A stretch of DNA of 64,000 nucleotides, from positions 512,001-576,000 of the forward strand of contig CAVPIB010000004.1 in assembly GCA_963704885.1 (NCBI GenBank). The letters run 5' to 3'. The notes beneath the pieces were generated by a model that was not told the origin of the DNA, searched no databases, and saw nothing but the letters and a program-made list of their open reading frames with translations. The translations under genes were made by a program, and so were the position numbers. This document shows, one piece after another, positions 40,891 through 50,921 of the stretch (position 1 is the first letter of the stretch; every line of letters begins with the position of its first letter). This stretch comes from an uncultured Actinomycetes bacterium (GTDB taxonomy: Bacteria; Actinomycetota; UBA4738; HRBIN12).

Positions 40891-40919
40891 GCGGGGTAGG
40901 GCCCACGAAGGGCGCCGGG

Positions 40920-43478
40920 CTACGTCGAGAACGCCTCGGCCAGGTCGACGGTCGTACGTTCCCTCAGCGCGACCGCCGTGCGCTGGCGTTCGAGCATCTG
41001 ATCGAGCATCAGCCCTGCCTGCGGGATCTGGTGCGAACCGAAGAAAGACTCGACGTCTACCTGCTGCTCGGGGAGCGATAGGAACCGGACGCCGGATACC
41101 AGCGAGATCATGTTGGACGCGGCGAACCGCTCCCCCTCCTCGTCCCAATGGTCGGCGATGAACCGCCAGGCCCGGTTGCCCAGGTCCCGGTGCACCGTGG
41201 CCTGCGCCAACAGGAACGGCGCGTCCTGCGGTCGGACCTCGTCCGAGAGCGTCGCCGCGAGCACCTGATCGAACAGGCCGGGATCGGTGAAGCGAGCCAG
41301 CGCGAAGAGGTACCGCAGCTGCTCTTGGGGCGTGGAGCCGTCGTGAACCATGCGCCGGAACGTGGCGAAGTCGCCGGCATCGCCGTTGGCGGCAACGACC
41401 TGGACGGCCGCCGCGGCCAGGTGGGCATCGACGTCGCCACCGGCGCGCGCCTCACCCTCCAGCTCGCGCATCTGAGCTTTGGCCTCGGGGTCGTCTCCGA
41501 GCACGGCGAGCGCCTGAGCCAGCGTTCCCCGAAGAGCCCTCGTGAGATCCGCTTCATCGGGGCCGGGCTCCCAGCCCAGGCGTTCGAGCGACGGCCTCAG
41601 GAAGTTCCGGACGTAGTCGCGGAACCGATCGCGGGGAGCGCCGGACATGAACCGGTCGCACCAAGAGAGGCCCGACAGGATCAGTTGCCAGACGGGCAGG
41701 TCGGTCTCGGTTGCGAACCCCTCCACGAACCGGCAGAACGACGAGGCGCTCGTGGTTCCATCGGTGACGGCCGCCCAGGCGTCGTCCACCAGAGCGTAGC
41801 GCTCGAGCGGACTCAGCTCCCGCTGTGCGTTCTCCGCCAGTCGCGACGCTAGCTCTTCGTCGTACCAGACCCGTACGAAGCCGAACCCACCCGCGTTAGC
41901 CACCACGACCGCGTCGGGGGCAAGGAGCGGAAGGGTCGTGCCGTCCGGCTCGATGAGAACGGCCTCGGTCGAGGAGCTCCCGTCCGGCGCGGTCTGGCGC
42001 ACCAACAGCGGCACCGTCCACGCGGCCTGGTCGTCACGGCGCGACGGCAGGTATCGGCGCTGCGAGAAACGCACCACGTCGCCGTCTAGAGCCACCGAGA
42101 TCAGCGGGTAACCGCCCTGCCAGATCCAGCTGTCCATGATCCGCCTGACAGGCTCTCCGGTCTCCTCCTCGAGCGCGTCCCACAGATCGTGGGTCTCGGC
42201 GTTGCCGTAGGCGTGCTTGCCGAGGTAACGACGTATCCCATCACGGAAGCGGTCCCCTCCCAGGTACTGCTCCAGCATCCGAAGGATGGCGCCGCCCTTC
42301 AGATAGGTGAGCGTGTCGAACATCCCGTTGGCGTCGTCGGGCGAGTGCACCGGGTACTCGATCGGTCGCGTCGACTCGAGCGCGTCCACCTCCAGCGCGG
42401 CCGTCCGGGACCGCGCGAATTGGTTCCAGACGTCCCAATCCGGGCGGTACGCGTCCACTGCCAGCATCGACATGAACGTGGCGAAGGCCTCGTTCAGCCA
42501 CAGGCCGTTCCACCAACGCATCGTTACCAGGTCACCGAACCACATGTGCGCCAGCTCGTGCGCCACGGTCTCGGCCACGTTCAGCTGCTCGTTGTGCGTG
42601 GAGGTGTCCGTGTCCAACAACAGCGCGGATTCCCGGTACGTGATGCAACCCAGGTTCTCCATGGCGCCCTGGGCGAAGTCCGGCAGCGCCACGTGGTCGA
42701 CCTTGCGATCGGGGTATGGGATGCCGTAATAGGCCGCGAACCAGTTCAGAGAATGCGCGCCGACGTCCAGCGCGAACGCTGCCAGGTGCTCCTTGCCGGG
42801 CACCAGCGCCACACGGGTCGGAACCCCACCGGCGTCCACCGGATCGGTCAGCTCCAGGCGACCCACCACGAACGCAACCAAGTAGGTGGACATGGACATC
42901 GTGTCGGCGAAGCGAACGCTGACCCGGCCGTCGTCGAGCGCCCGGCGCTCGATCTCGGGGCCGTTCGACAGGGCGGTCAACCCCGCGGGGACCACCAGCG
43001 TCACGCCGAAGACCGACTTGAGGTCGGGCTCGTCCCAGCAAGGGAAGGCGCGCCTGGCGTCGGTCGCCTCGAAGTGCGTGGTCGCGATGACCTCGGTTCC
43101 TCCGTCTTCACCCTCATAGGTAGAGCGGTAGAAGCCCACCAGCTTGTCGTTCAGCTCCCCGCTGAAGTCGAGGTGGAGGGACCATTCGCCGACCTCGACA
43201 GTCGCGTCCAGCTCCAGATGCGCCCGCTCGGTCTCCTCGTCCAGACGCACCTTGGAGATCTGGACCCTGCGCCCGTCCGATGCCGCGATCCATCCCCCCG
43301 AGACGTCAAGATCGACCGAGTTCAAGACGACCTCGGTCACCGGCTCGTGGACGGTGACGGCCACGTCCTGGCTGCCCACGAACGTTCCCGCCGCCAGGTC
43401 GGGCTCGAGGGTCAGGTCGTAGCGGTTCGGCGTTGCGGTTCGCGGCAGGCGGTACCGGGCTTCGGTGTCCTCGGTCAT
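40920..43478 (-). CDS. pepN: M1 family aminopeptidase (PepN/puromycin-sensitive type)
   Basis: ARRAFPCWDEP, GAMEN, HELAH...WLNEAFA, YLKGG. Confidence 0.93.
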   Translation of the reverse strand: MTEDTEARYRLPRTATPNRYDLTLEPDLAAGTFVGSQDVAVTVHEPVTEVVLNSVDLDVSGGWIAASDGRRVQISKVRLDEETERAHLELDATVEVGEWSLHLDFSGELNDKLVGFYRSTYEGEDGGTEVIATTHFEATDARRAFPCWDEPDLKSVFGVTLVVPAGLTALSNGPEIERRALDDGRVSVRFADTMSMSTYLVAFVVGRLELTDPVDAGGVPTRVALVPGKEHLAAFALDVGAHSLNWFAAYYGIPYPDRKVDHVALPDFAQGAMENLGCITYRESALLLDTDTSTHNEQLNVAETVAHELAHMWFGDLVTMRWWNGLWLNEAFATFMSMLAVDAYRPDWDVWNQFARSRTAALEVDALESTRPIEYPVHSPDDANGMFDTLTYLKGGAILRMLEQYLGGDRFRDGIRRYLGKHAYGNAETHDLWDALEEETGEPVRRIMDSWIWQGGYPLISVALDGDVVRFSQRRYLPSRRDDQAAWTVPLLVRQTAPDGSSSTEAVLIEPDGTTLPLLAPDAVVVANAGGFGFVRVWYDEELASRLAENAQRELSPLERYALVDDAWAAVTDGTTSASSFCRFVEGFATETDLPVWQLILSGLSWCDRFMSGAPRDRFRDYVRNFLRPSLERLGWEPGPDEADLTRALRGTLAQALAVLGDDPEAKAQMRELEGEARAGGDVDAHLAAAAVQVVAANGDAGDFATFRRMVHDGSTPQEQLRYLFALARFTDPGLFDQVLAATLSDEVRPQDAPFLLAQATVHRDLGNRAWRFIADHWDEEGERFAASNMISLVSGVRFLSLPEQQVDVESFFGSHQIPQAGLMLDQMLERQRTAVALRERTTVDLAEAFST

Positions 43479-43571
43479 CGCGGTTCCCCTCCGAACCTCA
43501 CGCACGCACGGCGAGGAATGCTACTCCAGCCGCAGAAGCCCGACCTTCCCGTTCCTTGCACTCGCGGATCG

Positions 43572-44495
43572 TCAGTTCACGTGGGTGAGCCAGTCCGCGT
43601 ACTTCTCGGTCTCCCCCTTGGTGGCGGCGAAGAACGCCCCCTGGAGCTCCTTCGTGACGGGCCCGCGGTGCCCCTCTCCGACCACCCTGTCGTCCACCTC
43701 CCGGATCGGCGTGATCTCGGCGGCGGTCCCTGAGAAGAAGCACTCGTCCGCGTTGTAGAGGTCGCTCCTGACCAGGTTCTCCTCGCGGACCTCGTAGCCA
43801 AGATCACGCGCGATCTGGATCACCGAGCCGCGCGTGATGCCGTCGAGACAGCCCGCCTGTGTGGGCGGCGTGGTGAGCATGCCGCTCCGCACGATGAACA
43901 CGTTCTCGCCGGAGCCGTCCGTTATGAACCCCTGCTCGTTCAGCATGATGGCCTCGTCGTACCCGGCCTTCAGCGACTCCATCTTGGCGAGCACGCTGTT
44001 GATGTACTGGCCCGTGGCCTTGGCCGCCGCCGGCATCGAGTTCTGCCCGTTGCGACGCCAACTGCTGATCTTGATGCGCACGCCCTGCTCTAGCGCGTCC
44101 TCGCCCAGGTAAGCACCCCACGGCCAGACGGCGATGATCACGTTCACAGGCGCGTTCAGCGGGTTCACCCCCATCTCGCCATAGCCGCGGATCACGAGCG
44201 GACGTATGTAGCAGGCGTTCAGGCCGTTCGCGCGGATCACGTCCTTCATGCCCTCGCCGACGGCCTCGACCGCGAAGGGGATGTCCAGGTGATAGAGCTT
44301 CGCGCTGCGGTAGAGGCGGCGGAGGTGCTCGTCCATGTGCCAGACGGCCGCGCCGCCAGCGGTCTCGTACGCGCGGATGCCTTCGAATACGCCGGTGCCG
44401 TAGTGCAGCGCGTGGGAGAGCACGTGGATCTTGGCGTCAGCCCAGTCCACGAGCTCACCGTCCATCCAGATCTTCTCGACCTGCGTGATCGGCAC
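43572..44495 (-). CDS. ilvE: Branched-chain amino acid aminotransferase
   Basis: HALHYGTGVFEGIR, YIRP, AKATGQY, GSGEN, LDGITR, GTAAEITP. Confidence 0.96.
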   Translation of the reverse strand: MPITQVEKIWMDGELVDWADAKIHVLSHALHYGTGVFEGIRAYETAGGAAVWHMDEHLRRLYRSAKLYHLDIPFAVEAVGEGMKDVIRANGLNACYIRPLVIRGYGEMGVNPLNAPVNVIIAVWPWGAYLGEDALEQGVRIKISSWRRNGQNSMPAAAKATGQYINSVLAKMESLKAGYDEAIMLNEQGFITDGSGENVFIVRSGMLTTPPTQAGCLDGITRGSVIQIARDLGYEVREENLVRSDLYNADECFFSGTAAEITPIREVDDRVVGEGHRGPVTKELQGAFFAATKGETEKYADWLTHVN

Positions 44496-44584
44496 CGTGG
44501 ACCCTCCTCGTCTCGACCGGACGCGGAACAGCGCCCGGAGATGTGCTGGACAGGATATCGGCAACCGGACGGCCCCGGCAGGAG

Positions 44585-45382
44585 TCAGCCGGGCAGGTCG
44601 TACGCGCGCCAGACCGTCGTCCATTCCCCGAGCGGGATCTCATCGAGGGGGCCGTAGCGCTCCTCCGCCCAACGACGGACCTCAGCGGCGGTACGCGACA
44701 GGACGTCGGGGTCCTCCACCTGCCAGGTCCACGAATAGGCGTTATCCGCGATACCGTCGATGAACACGCCCGGGCCGTCGCGCTGCATCTCGCGGATCGG
44801 GGGCAGGTCGCGGCAAGCGAGACCGAGCGCCCCCGCCGCCTCATCCAGCTGGTCGTAGTCGTCCCACCTGAGCCCCGGGGGCTGGGTCGACACGCCCGTG
44901 AGTTCTGCGAACCGATCGCGGATCTCCAATCGCTGACCACCCCAGCTCGCCAGCGATGTCAGGAGGACGCCTCCTGGCCGGACGACGCGGACCATCTCGG
45001 TCAGCGCGTCCCGCCACGCAGGGATCACATGTAGCACCCACCGCAGGTAGGCGCCGCCGAACGCGTCGCTGCGAAACGGCATCAGGGTCGCGTCGCCCTG
45101 TACGAGCGGGAACGGCGAGCGACCACCCGCCTTCTCGATGAGCTTGTCCATCATGGGGCGAGCGAGATCCAGACCTACGACCGAGACGCCGGACGCATGG
45201 AGTGGGAGCGCGAGTTGACCTGTCCCCACTCCGACCTCCAGCGCGCGTCCTCGTCCGCCGAGCTCGCCTACGAGCAGATCGATCGTCTGGCGCAGGCCCT
45301 CCAGCGTGCCCGCGCGCGTGCGGTCGTAGTGCTCCGCGGCTCGATCGAACCCGACGGAGGGGGCGTCCGGACGGTCGCTCAC
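44585..45382 (-). CDS. Class I SAM-dependent methyltransferase (paralog B)
   Basis: FDRAAEHYDRTR, LEVGVGTG, GDATLMPF, RVVRPGG. Confidence 0.9.
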   Translation of the reverse strand: MSDRPDAPSVGFDRAAEHYDRTRAGTLEGLRQTIDLLVGELGGRGRALEVGVGTGQLALPLHASGVSVVGLDLARPMMDKLIEKAGGRSPFPLVQGDATLMPFRSDAFGGAYLRWVLHVIPAWRDALTEMVRVVRPGGVLLTSLASWGGQRLEIRDRFAELTGVSTQPPGLRWDDYDQLDEAAGALGLACRDLPPIREMQRDGPGVFIDGIADNAYSWTWQVEDPDVLSRTAAEVRRWAEERYGPLDEIPLGEWTTVWRAYDLPG

Positions 45383-46185
45383 CTGGCCGTGGGGAGCAAC
45401 CGATCCGGTATGTCGAACGCCCACCATTCCACGAGGTACTCGGGCTCGACCGGACGATCCAGGTCTCCGAACCGACGATGGAGCCACGAACGGACGCGGC
45501 TCACGGCGTGGAGTCGGTCGCGCTCCGACGCGCGCCACGTCCAGGTGTAGTGTCCGCGCTCGATGTGATGCAGGAACCGGTTCAATGTTAGGCCCCGCCG
45601 TCCCCTGACCGGCGGCAGTCGCCGCCCCTTCGCGCCCAGCTCCGCCATCTTCGCGGCCAGTGAGTTGGGATCGTTCGGAGACAGACCCACGGCCAGCGGC
45701 AGGTCGCCTGCCTCGCGAAGGAATCGCTCCTGCACCTCTCCGTACAGACCGGAGTAGTCGGTGATGCTGGCAAGGAAACGACCGCCGGGACGCACCACCC
45801 TCACGACCTCTGCGAGCGCCGCATGCCAGTCAGGGATCAGATGCAGCACGTGGCGAAGGTACGCGCCATCGAACGCAGCGTTGCGGAATGGGAGACGCGT
45901 CGCATCTGAAACGGCCAGACCTATCCGACTCGAGGGGCTCTTGTCTTGCAGGGCATGGAGCATCGGCTGCGACAGATCGATCCCGTCGACTCGGAGCCCG
46001 CGTGCCGAGAGCGGCAGAGCGATCAAGCCGGTTCCCACACCGACCTCCAACACGTGCTGGCAGCCACGCATCTGAGAGGCCAACAGATCGATCGTGGAAC
46101 GAAGGGCGTCCTGGGACAAGCCGCGGGTCTCGTCGTAGAAGTCGACGGTGTGATCGAAAGCGAGTGGATCTCCGCGCTCTGCCAA
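45379..46185 (-). CDS. Class I SAM-dependent methyltransferase (paralog A)
   Basis: FDHTVDFYDETR, LEVGVGTG, SDATRLPF, RVVRPGG. Confidence 0.9.
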   Translation of the reverse strand: MAERGDPLAFDHTVDFYDETRGLSQDALRSTIDLLASQMRGCQHVLEVGVGTGLIALPLSARGLRVDGIDLSQPMLHALQDKSPSSRIGLAVSDATRLPFRNAAFDGAYLRHVLHLIPDWHAALAEVVRVVRPGGRFLASITDYSGLYGEVQERFLREAGDLPLAVGLSPNDPNSLAAKMAELGAKGRRLPPVRGRRGLTLNRFLHHIERGHYTWTWRASERDRLHAVSRVRSWLHRRFGDLDRPVEPEYLVEWWAFDIPDRLLPTAR

Positions 46186-46227
46186 GACCCCATACTAGCC
46201 AACCGTTCCGTCGACGGGGTCCCGACT

Positions 46228-47388
46228 TCAAGACACCGGGATGCGCTTCTCCGGATCCACGAACGGAAGGGTGGCGACCGTCGCCCGACGAGGTCCGGCC
46301 GACGAACTCACCTCCAGCTCGGTACCCGCCGCCATGTACCCCGTGGGGACCCACGCATACCCGATGTTGCGCTCGAGGCGCGGGGACCAAGCGCCCGCGG
46401 TGACGCGTCCGATCCGTCCACCGCCACCCGCCGCGTGGACCGGCCACACGTCGTTCAGCGCGCCCTCCTCCGTCATCGGCTCTCCCCCTATGTCGATCCC
46501 CACGAGCTTGCGATCCACACCGGTCTCCGCCACCCGCGCGAGCGCGGCCTTCCCTATGAAATCCGCCTCCTGATCAAGCTCCACGAACCTCTCCAACCCG
46601 CTGATGTGGAACGGCGTGTCCTCCACGCCCATATCGCTGCCGTAGTTGAAGATCCCCGCCTCGATCCGACGGGCCTCGGACGGAGCGATGGCGCGGATGC
46701 CGAAAGGCTCACCGGCCTGTCGTACCCGTTCCCACAGGTCGTCTCCGCGGGAGCTGTCCCGCAGGTAGATCTCATAGCCGACCTCACCCGTCCACCCGGT
46801 GCGAGAAACCACGACCGGGATACCATCTACATCTGTTTCGGCGCACCAGTAGTAACGAAGATCGCGCACGGCATCGCCGAAGAGCGCGCCGATGACTTCC
46901 TTCGACCTGGGCCCCTGCACCTGCATGGGGGCGACGTCGGCCTCGCGGATCGTGACGTCCATGTTGCGGCCTGCCGCGACACCGGCTGCGAACAGCAGGG
47001 CGTCACTGTCGGCGAGAGCCAGCCAGAAGTGGTTCTCCCCCAGCCGCAGCAGCACCGGGTCGTTCACGATGCCCCCGTCGGCGGCCGTGAGCAGGACGTA
47101 CTTACACTGCCAGACGGCACAAGCCGTGAGATCCCGGCAGGTGATCAGGTTCGTCAGCTCGAACGCGTCTGGCCCGGTGATCTCCACGCACCGCTCCACG
47201 CTGACATCCCACATCGTGACGTCATCCAGGAGCGCCCAGTACTCGGCGACCGGGTCGTCGTAGAGCGTGGGCAGCAGCATGTGGTTGTACAGGCCCCAGC
47301 TCTTGCAGCCGGCCCGCTTGGTCGCCTCGAAGTACGGCGACTTCCGATACCAGGGCTGGATGTAGAACGTGAACGTTTCGGATGCCAA
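46228..47388 (-). CDS. GcvT-family THF-dependent aminomethyltransferase/demethylase (DmdA-like), paralog 2
   Basis: YNHMLLP, WDVSVER, NDPVLL, QGP, SRTGWTGEVGYE, RIEAG. Confidence 0.88.
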   Translation of the reverse strand: MASETFTFYIQPWYRKSPYFEATKRAGCKSWGLYNHMLLPTLYDDPVAEYWALLDDVTMWDVSVERCVEITGPDAFELTNLITCRDLTACAVWQCKYVLLTAADGGIVNDPVLLRLGENHFWLALADSDALLFAAGVAAGRNMDVTIREADVAPMQVQGPRSKEVIGALFGDAVRDLRYYWCAETDVDGIPVVVSRTGWTGEVGYEIYLRDSSRGDDLWERVRQAGEPFGIRAIAPSEARRIEAGIFNYGSDMGVEDTPFHISGLERFVELDQEADFIGKAALARVAETGVDRKLVGIDIGGEPMTEEGALNDVWPVHAAGGGGRIGRVTAGAWSPRLERNIGYAWVPTGYMAAGTELEVSSSAGPRRATVATLPFVDPEKRIPVS

Positions 47389-47437
47389 GTGATCCTCCTC
47401 GAGTGCCGTTCGCCGGACGCTACCGCAGTCCGTGCGG

Positions 47438-47980
47438 TCAGTTCACGCTCGGATCGAGGGGCATCAGGCGCAGCAGATCGAACGCGTGCCCTTTGCGCCT
47501 GAGGACGTCCTCCCATAGACGCGACGGGTCGGCGGCGAAGACGTCGGCGGGGAGCGCCGGCTCCACGATCCAAGCGTCCTCGGCCAGCTCGGCTTCCAGC
47601 TGCCCAGGTCCCCATCCGGAGTACCCCGCGAACACCCTCGCCCGACGGATCGAGCGCTCGATCTCGGGGCCCGACTCGGGCGGCAGGAACCCGATCGAAT
47701 CCAGCGCCACGATCTCGGCGACCCCCGGGTCGGCGAAGTCTGCCATCACGACGGCCGCCTCCGGCTGCACCGGTCCGCCGACGAAGAGCGGCTCGTCGGT
47801 CGCCACGAGCGATCCGAGCTCCGGGATGGCCTCCGCCACCGTCGCGCCGGTCACGCTGTTGAGGACCACGCCCACCGCCCCGTCGTCGTCGTGGTGCGCG
47901 ATCAGGACCACGGTCCGGCGGAAGTTGGGGTCCCAGAGCGTGGCGTTCGCGATCAACAGATGTCCACGAAGGCTCTCCAC
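47438..47980 (-). CDS. YqgE/AlgH (UPF0301) family protein
   Basis: DPNFRRTVVL, GAVGVVLN, GGPV, FAGYSGWGPGQLEAE. Confidence 0.93.
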   Translation of the reverse strand: MESLRGHLLIANATLWDPNFRRTVVLIAHHDDDGAVGVVLNSVTGATVAEAIPELGSLVATDEPLFVGGPVQPEAAVVMADFADPGVAEIVALDSIGFLPPESGPEIERSIRRARVFAGYSGWGPGQLEAELAEDAWIVEPALPADVFAADPSRLWEDVLRRKGHAFDLLRLMPLDPSVN

Positions 47981-48030
47981 TACACCATCATCGCCTGCGC
48001 CCGGCAGATGTGCCACTAGTCTGTTCCAGA

Positions 48031-49185
48031 CTAGCCCTTCGGCACATCCTTCTTCGGGTCGAGGAACGGTAGCGGGACGACGGTCGCCGACATCACGTCG
48101 GTGGGCGAAGCGATCTGGAGCGGGGTCCCCTCGGCCGCGAGCCCGATAGGCACCCAGGCGTATCCCATGTTGAGATCGAGCCTGGGTGAGAAGGACGCCG
48201 AGGTCAGCCGGCCCACGGCGTGGCCGCCGCTCATGACGGGCCAGAAGTCCTCGAGCCACATCGGGAGCGGTGGGCCGTCGATCTTCACACCGACGAGCTT
48301 CTTCGTCACTCCCCTGGCGGCGATCTGCTCCAAGGCGTCGCGTGAGACCACGACGTTGTCGTTCTCGAGCTCCACGAGACGCTCCAGACCGGTCACTTCG
48401 AACGGGTTGTTAGTGGCGTCCATGTCGTTGCCGTAGTTGAAGATCCCGGCCTCCATCCGGCGCTGGTCGCTCGGCGCGATCGGCCGGATCTCGAACTCCT
48501 GCCCCGCCTCGATCACCTTGTCCCAAAGATCGAGCCCTCGGCTCGATTCTCGAAGGTAGATCTCGTACCCCACCTCGCCGGTCCACCCGGTCCGCGAGAC
48601 GACCACCGGGATGCCATCGACCTCGGTCTCCGCGCACCAGTAGTACTTCAGGTCGGTCACGTCGTCGCCGAAGAGCTTGCGGATAACGTCCTTCGACTTC
48701 GGTCCTTGCACTTGGAGCGGCGAGACGTCGGGCTCCCGCAGTTCGACGTCCATCCCCGCGAACGCCTGCACACCCTTCGCATACAAGAGGGCGTCCGAGT
48801 CGGCGAGCGATAGCCAGAAGTGATCTTCGGCGAGCTTCAGCAGGATCGGATCGTTGACTATCCCACCATCCTGCGCGCAGATCAGCACGTACTTGCACTG
48901 GCCCACCGCGGTGTTGGACAGATCGCGTGGCGTGAGCAGCTGGGTGAACCGGGCCGCATCAGGCCCGGTGATCTCGACCTGCCGCTCCACGGCCACGTCC
49001 CACAGGGTCACGTGGTTCAGCAGGTGCCAGTACTCCTTCAGGTCGTCGTCGTAGAGCGTGGGGATGAGCATGTGGTTGTACAGATCCCAGCTGGTGCACC
49101 CGGCCTCCACGGTCCGCAGGTAATAGGGGGACTTGCGGTACCACGTGGCCATGTAGAACGGGAACGTCGTGTGCTGATCCGTCAT
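48031..49185 (-). CDS. GcvT-family THF-dependent aminomethyltransferase/demethylase (DmdA-like), paralog 1
   Basis: YNHMLIP, WDVAVERQVEITG, NDPILL, SLADSD, QGPKS, SRTGWTGEVGYE. Confidence 0.88.
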   Translation of the reverse strand: MTDQHTTFPFYMATWYRKSPYYLRTVEAGCTSWDLYNHMLIPTLYDDDLKEYWHLLNHVTLWDVAVERQVEITGPDAARFTQLLTPRDLSNTAVGQCKYVLICAQDGGIVNDPILLKLAEDHFWLSLADSDALLYAKGVQAFAGMDVELREPDVSPLQVQGPKSKDVIRKLFGDDVTDLKYYWCAETEVDGIPVVVSRTGWTGEVGYEIYLRESSRGLDLWDKVIEAGQEFEIRPIAPSDQRRMEAGIFNYGNDMDATNNPFEVTGLERLVELENDNVVVSRDALEQIAARGVTKKLVGVKIDGPPLPMWLEDFWPVMSGGHAVGRLTSASFSPRLDLNMGYAWVPIGLAAEGTPLQIASPTDVMSATVVPLPFLDPKKDVPKG

Positions 49186-49188
49186 AGT

Positions 49189-50805
49189 TCAGCCTTTCGG
49201 TCGTGATCGCTTCATGTGTTTGCGGTCCTTCTTGATCTCCCTCACGCAGTTGTACGCGGGGATGCCGGTCACTCCCCCGCCCGCGTGCGTGGCGCTGGAG
49301 CACTGGTAGAGACCGCGGATCGGGGTGCGGTAGTCCGCATAGCCCGGCGCGGGGCGCATGTGGAACAGCTGCTCCGCGGAGAGCTCACCGTGGAAGATGT
49401 TCCCGCCGATCAGTCCCCATTCGTGCTCCATGTCGTACGGACCGATCACCTGCCGATGCAGGACGCTGTCCGCGAACCCGGGCGCCAGCTCGTCATAGCC
49501 GGCGATGACACGGTCGGCGTAAGCCTCCAGCTCATCGTGGTGTGGCTCCTCGCTCCACTCGTGCGGTACCCACTGCGTGAAGAGCGAGATCACATGCTTG
49601 CCCTCGGGCGCGAGCGATCGATCATGCACTGTGGGGACGACGCCGTCCGAGAACGGCAGCGTCGCAGACCGTCCCGAGCGCGCCTCCTGGAACGCCTCCT
49701 CCAGGTACGCGACCGAGTGCGCGAGCTCCACACCCCCCGACTGATCCGTCAGCTCCGGGAACGAAGTGAACACCGGCAGGCGATCGAGCGCGCAGTTGAC
49801 CTTCACTACACCGCTGCGCGAGTTCCACGACTCGATGTCACGAACGAAGTCGGCCGGGAGCTCGGATGGTTCGAGCTGCTGCAGGAAGGTGATCCGAGGA
49901 TGGACGGCGGTGACGACCAAGGGCGCGAGCAACTCTTCACCGTCGTCGAGCGTGACGCCGCGGGCCGCACCCCCGACGGTCAGGATGCGCGCGACGCGCG
50001 CGTGGGTCCGCACCTCCGCACCGAACGTTCGCGCGCTGGACTCAAGTGCCGCCGAGACCGCGCCCATCCCGCCCTCCGGCACCGCCCATGCGCCGAGGTT
50101 TCCGTTACCTACGTCACCGATCGAGTGGTGGGCCATCACGTAGCCAGTGCCCGGCTGGTGGGGTCCCGCCCAAGTGCCGATCAGGCCGTTCAACGACATG
50201 ACCGTCTTCACCTGGTCCGACTCGAAGAATCGGTCCAGGATGTCCACGATCGACATGGTCATCAGGCGGGTGACGTCTCCGATCGTCCTCACGTCGAGCC
50301 CACGGAATCTCCACGCGAGTCGCAGCTGTTCGAAGAGGTCTCTCGGCCGCTTCGAACCGAACGTCGGCGGCGTGGTCATGAGAAGCGGGCCGAGCACCTC
50401 CGCCAGTCCGCCGATCCACGCGCTCCACCGCTCGATCGCATCGGCGTCGTGCTTCGAGAACTTGGCGAACTCGTCGTAGTTCAGTGACGGATCGTCGTAC
50501 TGCACGATGCAGCGCCCATCGGGGAACGGCAGGAAGTAGGGCCCGGTCGGATGCACGCGGTATCCGTGCCGCTCCATCTGCAGATCGCGAAGGATCGTGT
50601 CGGGCATCAGGCTCATCACGTAGCTGAGCGTGGTGACCTTGAACTCGGGCGCCTCCGGCCAAGGGGCCATGGTGTCGGCCGCGCCCCCTGTCTTGTGCCG
50701 GGCCTCCAGGACGACCGTTCGCGCGCCGGACTTGGCCAGGTATGCAGCCGCCACGAGGCCGTTGTGGCCCCCGCCGATCACGATCGCGTCGTAGATGTCC
50801 GTCAT
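49189..50805 (-). CDS. FAD-dependent oxidoreductase, phytoene-dehydrogenase-like (COG1233/PYROXD2-like)
   Basis: IGGGHNGLVAAAYLA, GGMGAVS, GGNIFHG, LYQCSSATHAGGGVTG. Confidence 0.9.
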   Translation of the reverse strand: MTDIYDAIVIGGGHNGLVAAAYLAKSGARTVVLEARHKTGGAADTMAPWPEAPEFKVTTLSYVMSLMPDTILRDLQMERHGYRVHPTGPYFLPFPDGRCIVQYDDPSLNYDEFAKFSKHDADAIERWSAWIGGLAEVLGPLLMTTPPTFGSKRPRDLFEQLRLAWRFRGLDVRTIGDVTRLMTMSIVDILDRFFESDQVKTVMSLNGLIGTWAGPHQPGTGYVMAHHSIGDVGNGNLGAWAVPEGGMGAVSAALESSARTFGAEVRTHARVARILTVGGAARGVTLDDGEELLAPLVVTAVHPRITFLQQLEPSELPADFVRDIESWNSRSGVVKVNCALDRLPVFTSFPELTDQSGGVELAHSVAYLEEAFQEARSGRSATLPFSDGVVPTVHDRSLAPEGKHVISLFTQWVPHEWSEEPHHDELEAYADRVIAGYDELAPGFADSVLHRQVIGPYDMEHEWGLIGGNIFHGELSAEQLFHMRPAPGYADYRTPIRGLYQCSSATHAGGGVTGIPAYNCVREIKKDRKHMKRSRPKG

Positions 50806-50921
50806 AGGAGTAGGAACCGGCTTACCCTACTGTTGAACCGCCGTTCAGGGCAAGGAGGCCTGGCTGCGAGCGAGGCTACCGAACGGTGCGGTCAGGGAGC
50901 CGAGGCTCCCTGACCATCCGT

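Noticed and set aside
46228-50805. Calling these genes gcvT, dmdA or crtI
   Set aside because: No gcvP/gcvH or crtB/crtE nearby, and the motifs differ from DmdA; only family-level calls are justified
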